Assembly (NCBI GenBank): GCA_002269645.1
Contig: NIVC01002933.1
Location: 1-64,000, forward strand
Direction of reading: 5' to 3'
Origin: Macrostomum lignano
Taxonomy: Eukaryota
Length of the DNA: 64,000 nt
Under the pieces are notes generated by a model. It was not told where the DNA came from. It did not search any database and worked only from the letters and a program-made list of their open reading frames with translations. This document shows, one piece after another, positions 25,732 to 37,994 of the stretch (position 1 is its first letter; every line of letters starts with the position of its first letter). The position numbers and the translations under genes were made by a program.

Positions 25732-27326
25732 ATGAGTCACGGGCTGTTCCAGTGTCTTTCACCCGCCAAGGAGGAGGGCGACGCGGCCCAGGCAGCCGAC
25801 GGCCGGCCCCGCGGCCGGCCACAGCAGCGCCGCTCCAGGTCTGTAGTGTCCGTGTTGTTGTCGCTTTTCCGCTCCGAGTCGTCCGACTCGCCGGCCGCGG
25901 ACACGAAGGACTCGGCGACGGCGGCGCCGACAGGGACGACCGCAGCCTCGGCAGCCGCGGCAGCTGGCGGCTCAGAGCGACGCCGACGGCACCACTCAGC
26001 GGGATCCGGCAAGCCGCCGCACTCTCGGATGAAGCTGAAGCGGGAGCGCTGCCCCAAGTGCCACGGCGTGCTGCCGCTGAAGACCCCGGATCTGGAGCCC
26101 GTGCTGGTGCGGCCTGGGCAGGCCAGGCGGCGCCACGAGATCAAGGAGGATTCCGGATGTATCATTGCGGTCGAGGTGAGCTGGTGAACTGACTGACTGA
26201 CTGACTGACTGACTGACTGACTGACTGACTGACTGACTGACTGACTGACTGACTGACTGACTGACTGACTGACTGACTGACTGACTGACTGACTGACTGA
26301 CTGACTGACTGACTGACTGACTGACTGACTGACTGACTGACTGACTGACTGACTGACTGACTGACTGACTGACTGACTGACTGACTGACTGACTGACTGA
26401 CTGACTGACTGACTGACTGACTGACTGACTGACTGACTGACTGACTGACTGACTGACTGACTGACTGACTGACTGACTGACTGACTGACTGACTGACTGA
26501 CTTGAGTGAGTGAGTGGCTGACTGACTGACTGACTGACTGACTGACTGACTGACTGACTGACTGACTGACTGACTGACTGACTGACTGACTGACTGACTG
26601 ACTGACTGACTGACTGACTGACTTGAGTGAGTGAGTGGCTGACTGACTGACTGACTCACTGACTGACTCACTGACTCACTGACTGACTTGAGTGAGTGAG
26701 TGGCTGACTGACTGACTGACTGACTGACTGACTGACTGACTGACTGACTGACTGACTGACTGACTGACTGACTGACTGACTGACTGACTGACTGACTGAC
26801 TGACTGACTGACTGACTGACTGACTGACTGACTGACTGACTGACTGACTGACTGACTGACTGACTGACTGACTGACTGACTGACTGACTGACTGACTTGA
26901 GTGAGTGAGTGGCTGACTGACTGACTGACTTGAGTGAGTGAGTGGCTGACTGACTGACTGACTGACTGGTAGCTTTGCTCCCTTCGCTGGGGTCCTTGGT
27001 CAGTGAGCTGGGGTGGACCTACCCCTTTGAGTCTTCACTATGCCCTTAATGTCTCGTCAGCTAATTAGAAACTTCTCAACTCGAAATTTCAGTCCCGAAG
27101 AGCCGCTGATGGCGCCCGCCCGGCAGCCGTCAGCTGCCTGGAGGACTCGGGCAACTTCAGCATGAGCTCAGGCGCTGGCAGCAGCACCCGGCAACCGGAG
27201 CCACCGCTGCCGCTGGCCCGGCCGCCGATGTCCGGCCTCTACGGCACCGGGTTCTCCACCTGCGTGCCGCGAATCCCCAACCGAGACGCGCCAGTGAGCA
27301 ACAACTGCCTCCCAATTCGCAGCTGA
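25732..27326 (+). CDS. Two-exon orphan protein, 225 aa, mostly low complexity, with a CPKCH motif
   Basis: Exon 1 is 25732-26175 (donor GTGAGC, phase 0). Exon 2 is 27093-27326 (acceptor tttcag; 78 codons ending in TGA). Codons are GC3-rich. Confidence 0.65.
26189..26968 (-). repeat. (ACTG)n array, the reverse complement of the 22371-24210 array; intron of the orphan gene
   Basis: Carries CTTGAGTGAGTGAGTGG, the reverse complement of the upstream interruption. Confidence 0.97.
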
Positions 27327-28369
27327 GCAGCCGGCCAGCCCCAACTCATATTTTATTTATGATATTCTTACCGCAAGGCGGACTCGACTGTAGCTGCGGC
27401 TTGAGCAGCGCCATTAGATTACTCCCCTCCATTAGTTTCCACACTGTCTCTCAGTCTGTCGTTTCCCATGCCTGAGATATTTTTAATCTGTCTTTCTGTC
27501 GCACCTGTGCAGCGCAGCAGCGCACTGGCGACTCTGACCCGTGCTGAGTCTCTCAGCGGTTTATGAGGCTGCCCAATGAGGAGATTTATTAGTCGGTTTG
27601 AAGCGCTTTGTCTGTAGCATTGTAGCAAAAGACACAGACCACAAACCACAAAGGACACAACTGTAACCACAAGACACAACCGCAACCACAATAGACACAG
27701 CTGCAACCACAAAGGACACAGCTGCAACCACAAAATACGCAATTCTAAAAGATAACCAAAACCGCAAGTGTTAAAAAAGTGTGAGCCGGCGCTGCTGTTG
27801 CACAGGCGAAGGCTTCGCTAATTAGTGAGTTTAGGCCATTCAATGAGCCTGTTGGACTTGATCCTTAGCCATTCAGTCTTGACGCGATATTTCCTGACCC
27901 TCCGCAGGATTCCAGCAGCCTCTCGGAGCCTCATCTGATGCGCTCCTTTGTTGATTATGCATAGCACTGAATCTTGACTCGTTTCAGTACCTGTACGTCC
28001 ATGGCCAATGACACTTTTAACTTGAGCCTCCGGGCTCACTACTGGTTTATGCAAGCCTTCCTTCGTGAGCAATGCTTTTTTTGAGTCCAGCAATTCTATC
28101 TATCCTTCAGCGGCCCCCGGCAGAGCAACTCACAGGTACTGACGCGCACCCCGCATTACTGCAAGTTCGCCCCAGGCATTTCATTTCACATGAGGCTACT
28201 CATGCGGCCCAGTTTTTAGCTTTCATTTTCTTGAGCACAGCGCTGCTCTTGCAAGTTCATTTTTGCTTATCGTTCAAATTCCCGACCGATTTATTATTTA
28301 AATAAACTTGCAAATCAGACGTTTCGCTGCACAGCAGCTGCGTTACAAAGCAATAGAGATTAAACACTT

Positions 28370-29636
28370 CACTGGCGCCTCAGTGTCCGCTGATTTCTGT
28401 GCCAGCTCCCCGCTATTCACTGGCGCCTCAGTGTCCGCTGATTTCTGTGCCAGCCCCCCGCTATTCACTGCCGCCTCAGTGTCCGCTGATTTCTGTGCCA
28501 GCCCCCCGCTATTCACTGGCGCACTGCCGCCTCAGTGTCCGCTGATTTCTGTGCCAGCCCCCCGCTATTCACTGGCGCCTCAGTGTCCGCTGATTTCTGT
28601 GCCAGCTCCCCGCTATTCACTGCCGCCTCAGTGTCCGCTGATTTCTGTGCCAGCCCCCCGCTATTCACTGGCGCCTCAGTGTTCGCTGATTTCTGTGCCA
28701 GCCCCCCGCTATTCACTGGCGCCTCAGTGTTCGCTGATTTCTGTGCCAGCCCCCCGCTATTCACTGCCGCCTCAGTGTTCGCTGATTTCTGTGCCAGCCC
28801 CCCGCTATTCACTGGCGCACTGCCGCCTCAGTGTCCGCTGATTTCTGTGCCAGCCCCCCGCTATTCACTGGCGCCTCAGTGTTCGCTGATTTCTGTGCCA
28901 GCCCCCCGCTATTCACTGGCGCACTGCCGCCTCAGTGTCCGCTGATTTCTGTGCCAGCCCCCCGCTATTCACTGGCGCCTGCCGCCTCAGTGTCCGCTGA
29001 TTTCTGTGCCAGCCCCCCGCTATTCACTGCCGCCTCAGTGTCCGCTGATTTCTGTGCCAGCCCCCCGCTATTCACTGCCGCCTCAGTGTCCGCTGATTTC
29101 TGTGCCAGCCCCCCGCTATTCACTGGCGCACTGCCGCCTCAGTGTCCGCTGATTTCTGTGCCAGCCCCCCGCTATTCACTGGCGCACTGCCGCCTCAGTG
29201 TCCGCTGATTTCTGTGCCAGCCCCCGCTATTCACTGGCGCACTGCCGCCTCAGTGTCCGCTGATTTCTGTGCCAGCCCCCCGCTATTCACTGGCGCACTG
29301 CCGCCTCAGTGTCCGCTGATTTCTGTGCCAGCCCCCCGCTATTCACTGGCGCCTGCCGCCTCAGTGTCCGCTGATTTCTGTGCCAGCCCCCCGCTATTCA
29401 CTGGCGCACTGCCGCCTCAGTGTCCGCTGATTTCTGTGCCAGCCCCCCGCTATTCACTGGCGCACTGCCGCCTCAGTGTCCGCTGATTTCTGTGCCAGCC
29501 CCCCGCTATTCACTGGCGCACTGCCGCCTCAGTGTCCGCTGATTTCTGTGCCAGCCCCCCGCTATTCACTGGCGCCTGCCGCCTCAGTGTCCGCTGATTT
29601 CTGTGCCAGCCCCCCGCTATTCACTGGCGCCTGCCA
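28370..29636. repeat. 48/56-bp tandem repeat, ~24 copies
   Basis: Unit CAGTGTCCGCTGATTTCTGTGCCAGCCCCCCGCTATTCACTGGCGCCT, with or without an 8-bp insertion. Confidence 0.96.
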
Positions 29637-29971
29637 CTAGAAAGCAGCTGACAAGCCAGACACGACAGGCTAAGGCAGGAAACGCCCTTTAAAGCCTTTT
29701 GTTTGGCAGCCGGTTTTTGCGACTGCTGAGCCCCAGTTCAAGCACCCAGGCACCGGCCGTTAAAAGAGTGAGAATTAGAAAGTACGCTCTGTGCTTTGAT
29801 GCCGCGCCAGACAACAGGATAGGGGAAGTCGGGCGGAGCGAGACAACACAATGACTCATTTATCGGTCCAACTAATTTCATCTGAATCCAGCCCTGCTCT
29901 GCGGTTTGCCATTCAGATTCGCGTGTCTCAGCCTCGCTTATCGACCCATCTTGCTGTCTGCTTATTTAAGC

Positions 29972-30641
29972 TCCTCTCTCCTCTCCTCTCCTCTCCTCTC
30001 CTCTCCTCTCTCTCCTCTCCTCTCTCTCCTCTCCTCTCCTCTCCTCTCCTCTCTCTCCTCTCTCTCCTCTCCTCTCTCTCCTCTCCTCTCTCTCCTCTCT
30101 CTCCTCTCCTCTCTCTCCTCTCTCTCCTCTCCTCTCCTCTCCTCTCCTCTCTTTCCTCTCTCTCCTCTCCTCTCTCTCCTCTCTCTCCTCTCCTCTCTCT
30201 CCTCTCCTCTCTCCTCTCTCTCCTCTCCTCTCCTCTCTCCTCTCCTCTCCTCTCCTCTCTCTCCTCTCCTCTCTCTCCTCTCTCTCCTCTCCTCTCTCTC
30301 TCTCCTCTCCTCTCCTCTCCTCTCTCTCCTCTCCTCTCTCTCCTCTCCTCTCTCTCTCCTCTCTCCTCTCCTCTCTCTCCTCTCTCTCCTCTCCTCTCCT
30401 CTCCTCTCCTCTCTTTCCTCTCTCTCCTCTCCTCTCTCTCCTCTCTCTCCTCTCCTCTCTCTCCTCTCCTCTCTCTCCTCTCTCTCTCTCTCCTCTCCTC
30501 TCTCCTCTCCTCTCCTCTCCTCTCTCTCCTCTCCTCTCTCTCCTCTCTCTCCTCTCCTCTCCTCTCCTCTCTCTCTTTCCTCTCTCTCCTCTCCTCTCTC
30601 TCTCCTCTCTCCTCTCCTCTCTCTCCTCTCCTCTCTCTCCT

Positions 30642-30681
<40 letters not shown>

Positions 30682-30865
30682 CTCTCCTCTCCTCTCCTCT
30701 CTCTCCTCTCCTCTCTCTCCTCTCTCTCCTCTCCTCTCCTCTCCTCTCCTCTCCTCTCCTCTCCTCTCCTCTCCTCTCTCTCCTCTCCTCTCCTCTCCTC
30801 TCCTCTTTCTCCTCTCCTCTCTCTCCTCTCCTCTCTCTCCTCTCCTCTCTCTCCTCTCCTCTCTA
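29972..30865. repeat. Pure pyrimidine (CT/CTCTC) tract, ~0.9 kb
   Basis: Only C and T on the plus strand. Confidence 0.98.
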
Positions 30866-31070
30866 TCTGATCCTGCCTATAGCGCTTTCTATCTGATGAC
30901 ACGTGCATCAAGCTCGTGGTGACTCAAACCTCACTACGATGTGTAAAAATCATGCAGTGCACTCGTGTAATTTGTAAAGTTATTTTGCATTTGTAGCTCG
31001 TAGCCAAGCTTCGCAAAGAGATCTAAATTCCAATTTTTAATCAATTAGAAATGCTTATGCTGCCTAGTTA

Positions 31071-31508
31071 TTACTCATTATTACTAATTATTACTCATTA
31101 TTACTCATTATTACTCATTATTACTCATTATTACTAATTATTACTCATTATTACTAATTATTACTCATTATTACTCATTATTACTCATTATTACTCATTA
31201 TTACTAATTATTACTCATTATTACTCATTATTACTCATTATTACTCATTATTACTCATTATTACTCATTATTACTCATTATTACTAATTATTACTCATTA
31301 TTACTCATTATTACTCATTATTACTCATTATTACTCATTATTACTCATTATTACTAATTATTACTCATTATTACTAATTATTACTCATTATTACTCATTA
31401 TTACTCATTATTACTCATTATTACTAATTATTACTCATTATTACTAATTATTACTCATTATTACTAATTATTACTCATTATTACTCATTATTACTAATTA
31501 TTACTAAT
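31071..31508. repeat. 10-bp repeat TTACTCATTA / TTACTAATTA, ~43 copies
   Basis: Read directly from the sequence. Confidence 0.97.
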
Positions 31509-32159
31509 CTCTCAACACTGTCCGGATTGGAAATTTCGCACCAATTTTTCTACTAATCTTTTATTGGGCCTGTCAGCATAATTTTCATGTTTCACTTCAC
31601 TCCTCACCTCAGCCTCTTGAGCTCCGGCAGAGCTGGAAACTCTGAGAATTACTTTTGGCTAAGAATTGTGAGCACGGGTTAATCTCAGCTTCCAAATCTG
31701 CTGCTGCCGCATCAGCCGCAGCGTCCCGGCTCAGATTGACTCACAATGCCGGCGCACGGCACAAGGACCCAAGGCGGCACTCTTTGATCTAGTCAATAAA
31801 ACATTTTGCGTCTCTATTGCCCACCCAGCCGCCCTTGGTGTGAAGTTTGGCCCGTCTGGCTTGGCTTGTAGTAGCGAGGCTGCGCTGCACACGATGGAGC
31901 TGCGGGCCTCCCAGCCTCCGCCCCCATATGCTTTATATTGTCCGTCATTATCTGTGCTATTTACTGCTCAGTGAAAACTCTTTCTCGAGCGCCCTCTTGC
32001 AGTCTGGCCGCTGCTGCTTGCTGGCTGTGCAACCCACCAATTATGGCTGCTAAAGTGCCCCGGGTTGTAAAGCATTGCAGCCTCCGCTTCATCTGATTAA
32101 TGGGCCTGAGGCGTGACTGCGATTGCGTGCGGTCTGTCTGCCGATCTGCCTGCTTGTCC

Positions 32160-32398
<239 letters not shown>

Positions 32399-33200
32399 AG
32401 ACAAATTTCACATCATCACTTGACTCAAATACTGAAGTAGCAGTCAATAGTAGTGTCTGTCTGTCTGTCTGCCTGCTGCACTCTGTCTCTGTCCCCTGCA
32501 CTAAAGCCAGCAAGCGATCGCTGCGCAGAGGCCGAATGTCAGCTGGCTGCAGAGAGAGGACCGCCCACTAGCCGGCGCCCCCCGCCTTATCGAACGGCGG
32601 AGAGGGTTTGGGAGGAGGCGTGGAGGCTCTCAGCAACTGCAGCCGAGCTCATATCGGATTAAGAGTGCGCGGAGCCCTCAAAGATTTGTCGGGAGTGGCA
32701 GACAGCTCCAGTGCTGGGACTGGGAGGGACTCGTGTCACTAAGTGGGGCAGGATGGGCCAACGACAAAGAGCTGCCGGCTGAGGGGAAGCGCCAAGGCAG
32801 CTGCTTAGGACTTGTTTACCAGTCTGTCTGGCTGGTCTCGCCCGCCGCACAGACTGAGGCCTCAGCCCGCAGTGTACTTTTACAATCTGGCGCTTTGTCT
32901 CAATCGATGCGGGGCCAGGGGGTTGCAGGACAGGCTGCCACTCAAACACCGAGCAACTCTCCCCATCTCTGTGTTCACGAGGAGACGAGAGTGCGGCAAC
33001 GATAGGATTCCATTGGTGCTTTGCACTACTGACTTGCCGAGAAAAACAAGTAGCATGTTACGCAAAACTGTTTTAACTGCAAAACTGCAAAATGTGTTTG
33101 CTTTTAGTGAATTTATTAATTGCTTTTAATTTGGTATTGTTGACAGCTCAAGAAGGCGTTCAAGGAGGAGCTCAAGGGGGGCTCTGGAAAGTGCAGGGCG

Positions 33201-34731
33201 TCACTTCAGCTGAGGCGCCGGTGGCCGGCGGCCCATCCGCGGCGGCGGTCGGAGCCGCTCGAAGCGGACAGTCTCGGCCACCAGGAGGGCCATCTCGGCC
33301 AGGCGCTGGGCGAAGAACACGGGCACCGGGGCGGACACCGCGCCGGATGAGGCAGAGACGGCGCCGGGGTCCGGGTACAGGAAGTCCGGAGGGGACGCCG
33401 AGGCCGCCAGAAGGCCCGGCGGGGACTCCGGCACCGAAACGGCCGAGCAGCGGCTGGGGCCGGCGACGGCTGCGGCTGCAGGTGCTGGCGGGTTTCGGCG
33501 CTGATGCTGCGGTGGCGCTGCAGGCGCCGCTGCTCCGGGACTCCGCCTGCGCCTGGACTGCCGCTCCGCCTGCGGCTGCGGCTGGGAAGTCGCTGCTAAT
33601 GATTCTACCGCCTGCTGCTGCTGCTGCTGCGTGGCCGGTGGCGCCGCTGGCGGCAGCAGGCCGGCAATGGAGAATGCTGGGCCGCTGTCAGCCGCTGAGG
33701 CTAGAAAAGGCAAAGTACAAATTGTACTTTTGTATAGTTCGGACATGGGCTATTGAAGCACAGGGCTGTCTGGTTATTGAGTTACACAGCTGCAGGTGGG
33801 TCACACAGAGGTTCAGGTGGGTCACAGAGATGCAGGTGGGTCATAGAGATGCAGGTGGGTCACAGGTGGGTGGGTCACAGGCGGGTGGGTCACTCACAAT
33901 TCCTGCCCACAGTGGAGATGCAGGGCGCCAGGCTAGATTTTCCCGCCTGTCCCGAGGCCTCCAGCTCGGCTCCGCGGCCCCTCGGCAAAATCAGCGACTG
34001 GGTGGTGCGGATCTCCAACTCGGCGGCCGCTTGCAGCTGCTGGGCGACCGGCATCTCCTGCTGCTTGAGCTGCTGAAGCCGGCGAAGCTGGCGCTGCTGC
34101 CTGCCGCCGCTCCAGTCGGGGTGTCGCCCAGCTGACTGGCCGCCAGCAGCCGCCGCTCCCTGCGCCGCTCCCTGGAGGTCGGGCGGCCGCCGCCGACATC
34201 GTCTGGAATGTCGCCGCCGCTGACGCCACCAAAGGACGGCCGGGAGGCGGCCGGCTGAGTGATGCCGCTTCTGTGTGTAAATTGAAATCAATTGTTAATT
34301 ACTCCAGTCATGTCCAAACAGTCTACTGACTAGATACCACTGTCAGTAGTGCAAAAGTACAAATTAGCTTTATTAGAGCTCATTTCTTATGGGTAGAGCC
34401 ATAGACACTTAGGGATCCAGTGCCTGATTGTGCATAAGAGAGAGAGAGCCGTAAAACAGTCCAGTTTAGCGGTCCATGTCCTTGCTACGTATCTAGCAGT
34501 CCATGGAAGAATCCCCAGATAACGCGGAGGCTGCTTGGTGTTGAGAAAAACTTAAAGATCACCCAGCCTCTCCCTTTAGTTACCCGACAGTCTGTTACTT
34601 TGTCCCTTCTTCTGCTTCTGGTGCTCCTGCTGCTGCTTCTGCCTGATCGGCCCCCGCACTCACCTGGGCCGCTCCTGCATCCTCAGTGCCAGGCTCGCCA
34701 TGGGAATCGCTTTGGATGAGGAGTGAAACAG
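33201..34731 (-). CDS. 3' exons of an unidentified low-complexity (Ala/Pro/Gln/Ser-rich) protein
   Basis: Exons 34731-34664, 34270-33898 and 33700-33201 join in frame through GT-AG introns (GTGAGT donors at 34663 and 33897) and end at TGA 33203-33201. The upstream connection is unresolved. Confidence 0.5.
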
Positions 34732-35121
34732 CTGCGGGATCCGAGACTGAGCCCGGGAGCTCAGCCCTTTACCTTCAGCTGTTTCACGGTGGGGGCCAAT
34801 GACCGCCCGCTCAATGAGCGGCAAAGCTCCTGTCACACTGGCCTTACCTGCGCATCCCTACCTGTTCTCCCTTTGCTTTACCCGGGGCAACTGCGGAGTT
34901 AATTAATTATTAATTAGCTTAGACGCGGCCGGGCCTGAGAAGCTGAGCTGCCTCATCAGGCCGGACAACATTGTCTCGGAATCGGGCCCGCAGAAATCGA
35001 TCGCCAAAGACGTCAGCGCATCACTGTGGACACAGTGATACAGTGCTGCTGTCCATGAGACACAGAGGGTGCGCGTGTCTAACGATAAGTAACTCAGGGG
35101 GCCGGCCCCGCTTTACCCGCC

Positions 35122-35304
35122 TCACCCTCCCCTGAAGCCGCAGATCTCCGGCAGGTTGGCGGCGTCGGGGATCGGCGGCGCTAAGCTGGAGTTCCAGAAC
35201 CGGTAAAAGTACACATTGCTCTGCACCCGGTTGGACCACAGGCTGGCGGGCGGCAGGTAGGGCAGGGCGGCTGCTGACTCGCTTGGTGCCAGCCGGTCTG
35301 ACAT
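35122..35304 (-). CDS. Probable coding exon (MSDRLAPS...SNVYFYRFWNSS...), gene assignment unresolved
   Basis: Strong GC3 bias in this frame; boundaries uncertain. Confidence 0.4.
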   Translation of the reverse strand: MSDRLAPSESAAALPYLPPASLWSNRVQSNVYFYRFWNSSLAPPIPDAANLPEICGFRGG

Positions 35305-35324
35305 GGCGACTCGGGTTTGCGCAG

Positions 35325-35705
35325 GGTTCAGGCTTGTGCAGGGTTCAGTCTTGTGCAGGGTTCAGTCTTGTGCAAGGTTCAGTCTTGTGCAAGGTTCAGG
35401 CTTGTGCAGGGTTCAGTCTTGTGCAAGGTTCAGGCTTGTGCAAGGTTCAGTCTTGTGCAGGGTTCAGGCTTGTGCAGGGTTCAGGCTTGTGCAGGGTTCA
35501 GTCTTGTGCAGGGTTCAGTCTTGTGCAGGGTTCAGGCTTGTGCAGGGTTCAGTCTTGTGCAAGGTTCAGGCTTGTGCAGGGTTCAGTCTTGTGCAAGGTT
35601 CAGGCTTGTGCAGGGTTCAGGCTTGTGCAGGGTTCAGTCTTGTGCAAGGTTCAGGCTTGTGCAGGGTTCAGTCTTTTTCAGGGTTCAGGCCTGTGCAGGG
35701 TTCAG
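35325..35705. repeat. 17-bp tandem repeat (GGGTTCAG[G/T]CTTGTGCA), ~22 copies
   Basis: Read directly from the sequence. Confidence 0.96.
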
Positions 35706-36679
35706 GCTGTTGCGCTAAGCTCAGCAGACTTTGGCAGCTTTCTTTTCTTTAAAGCAGAAATTGCAAAAGCCAAATCGTTGCTGGTAGGCTGCGGAGACTG
35801 TGTTTGAGAAGCGAGACTGCAGCAAACAAAGCCACGAAAGAAGAAGTCTCTGAGGTGGAGCGGCCGGTGGTTTAAGTGCAGTGGCGTCTCCTCAAGTTCA
35901 GAACCAGCCGACCCAGTCAGTCACTTTCGCCGCTCTGCCAGCCCACTTGCTTACAGCCTGGGCCCAATGCGCAGGGGACTCTCACTGTCCAGGGGGCAGG
36001 CAGGGTACAGGAAAACCCAGCGGGAGGTGCGGGACTGTCTCTCACCTCTCTCTCACCTCTCCCGGTCATTAAGCTGTCAAGCAAAAATTCGAGAGCCAAT
36101 TGCTGCAATTAATTCACTCGCTCAATGTGGCGTAGCGTGCATGCTAGCGGTGACACAGTAATTTTTATGACAAGTTTAATTATTAGCTGCGATTGGTAAT
36201 TATAAATAATTGGTTTCTGCTGATGGACAGTTGGTAGTGGCGGGCTGAGTGGCACATAATAGCAGGTTGTAAATCACGGCATCGAATTACCTCTCCGAGG
36301 TGGGGCTGTGATTGCAAAGTCAATCAATTGCTAGAATAGCACGCGACAGGCTCGCATGGCTACTCATAGTAGGTGGCTGGCATCCCAGCGCGCCATGAAT
36401 GGTAGTCACCAGAGTTTTGCCTACTTTACATTATTAGCGGGCAGCACTTTATAGGTTTGTGAAAAGGTGATTCGTAACAGAGAATCTCACGACAACCCCA
36501 CGGTCAGTTTTCGCGCACAGCCCCAAATGAGTTTGGCCGCACATGGAACCGAGCCAGGGGTCGCGGGGCGAGAGTCAGGCGCGTTTTTCACTGAGCCGCT
36601 CTGTCCCACTAACTGTCACACCACAGAGTCACACCCGGTGTCATTCACGCCACTAGAGCCACTAGAAAGCTTCGCTCCA

Positions 36680-37340
36680 CAGAGTCACAGCAGAGAGTCA
36701 CACCAGAGAGAGTCACACCAGAGGGAGTCACACCAGAGAGAGTCACACCAGAGGGAGTCACACCAGAGAGAGTCACACCAGAGGGAGTCACACCAGAGAG
36801 AGTCACACCAGAGAGAGTCACGCCAGAGAAAGTCACACCAGAGAGAGTCACACCAGAGAGAGTCACACCAGACAGAGTCACACCAGAGAGAGTCACACCA
36901 CAGAGAGTCACACCAGAGAGAGTCACACCAGAGAGAGTCACACCGGAGAGAGTCACACCAGAGGGAGTCAGTCACACCAGAGAGAATCACGCCAGAGAGA
37001 GAGTCACACCAGAGAGATGAATAGGAAGGCAAAAATCAACATTAAATTAATTTAATTGAACCAGAGAGAGTCACACCACAGAGAGTCACACCAGAGAGAG
37101 TCACAACGGAGAGAGTCACACCAGAGAGAGTCACACCACAGAGAGTCACACCAGAGAGAGTCACACCGGAGAGAGTCACACCAGAGAGAGTCACACCAGA
37201 GAGAGTCACACCGGAGAGAGTCACACCAGAGGGAGTCACACCAGAGAGAATCACGCCAGAGAGAGTCACCCCAGAGAGAGTCACACCACAGTGAGACACA
37301 CCAGAGAGAGTCACAGCACAGTGAGACACACCAGAGAGTC
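36680..37340. repeat. 15-bp repeat (CACACCAGAGAGAGT), interrupted by a unique AT-rich stretch at ~37018-37060
   Basis: Read directly from the sequence. Confidence 0.95.
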
Positions 37341-37346
37341 ACTCAC

Positions 37347-37563
37347 TGGCACAGGGACAGCCGGTAGCTGAATGCCTGCTCCCCAGGCGTCGGTGTCTGC
37401 CTGAAGTCCAGCCTGGCGCTGTCATACGGCATGTTCACCCAGCCGGCCAGCCAGGCCGCCCGCTGCTGCTGGCCCAGCAGGGCGGGCAGCTTTCTCGGAA
37501 ACCGCCTTCGCGGCTGCCAGACTCCGGACTGCATCCGGGCGGTCAGCTCAGTGCGGATCAGAG
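37347..37563 (-). CDS. Probable coding exon (LIRTELTARMQSGVWQPRRRF...GWVNMPYDSARLDF...YRLSLC)
   Basis: GC3-rich open frame with a GTGAGT donor at 37346 and a candidate acceptor at 37564. Confidence 0.45.
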
Positions 37564-37994
37564 CTGCTCATGAGCTGCTGAAGCAGCGGGACTTTGGAGG
37601 GCCTGAATTTTGTTATTTTCCCGCCGGGGAGAAATGGGGAGAGACAGCTGCTGGGAAATTTCTGTGGGCTGGGAGTTGGGATTTTATCCCACTGGGAGGC
37701 TGCTAAAACAATGTCAGCTAAGGGTTTTGCGCCGTGAGGCGCCTCCAGGAGACGGGAGAGGGAGAGGCGATGAAGGGGGAGAGGCTGGGATCGGGGGGGA
37801 TGCGACCGGGAGGCGCCTGAGCCCATGGCAACAGGCGGTGGCGGGGGCGGCGATGCGGCCTCAGCGGAGCGGGAAGACCAGCTGGGGAAATAGAAAAACT
37901 GAAATTCTGAACTCCCCCAGGGTACGGGCAGCAGGAAATGGAAAGTTGGCCAGGAAAGAGGTGCCGCTCTTCACGGACACAGCTGCTTGGGAAA

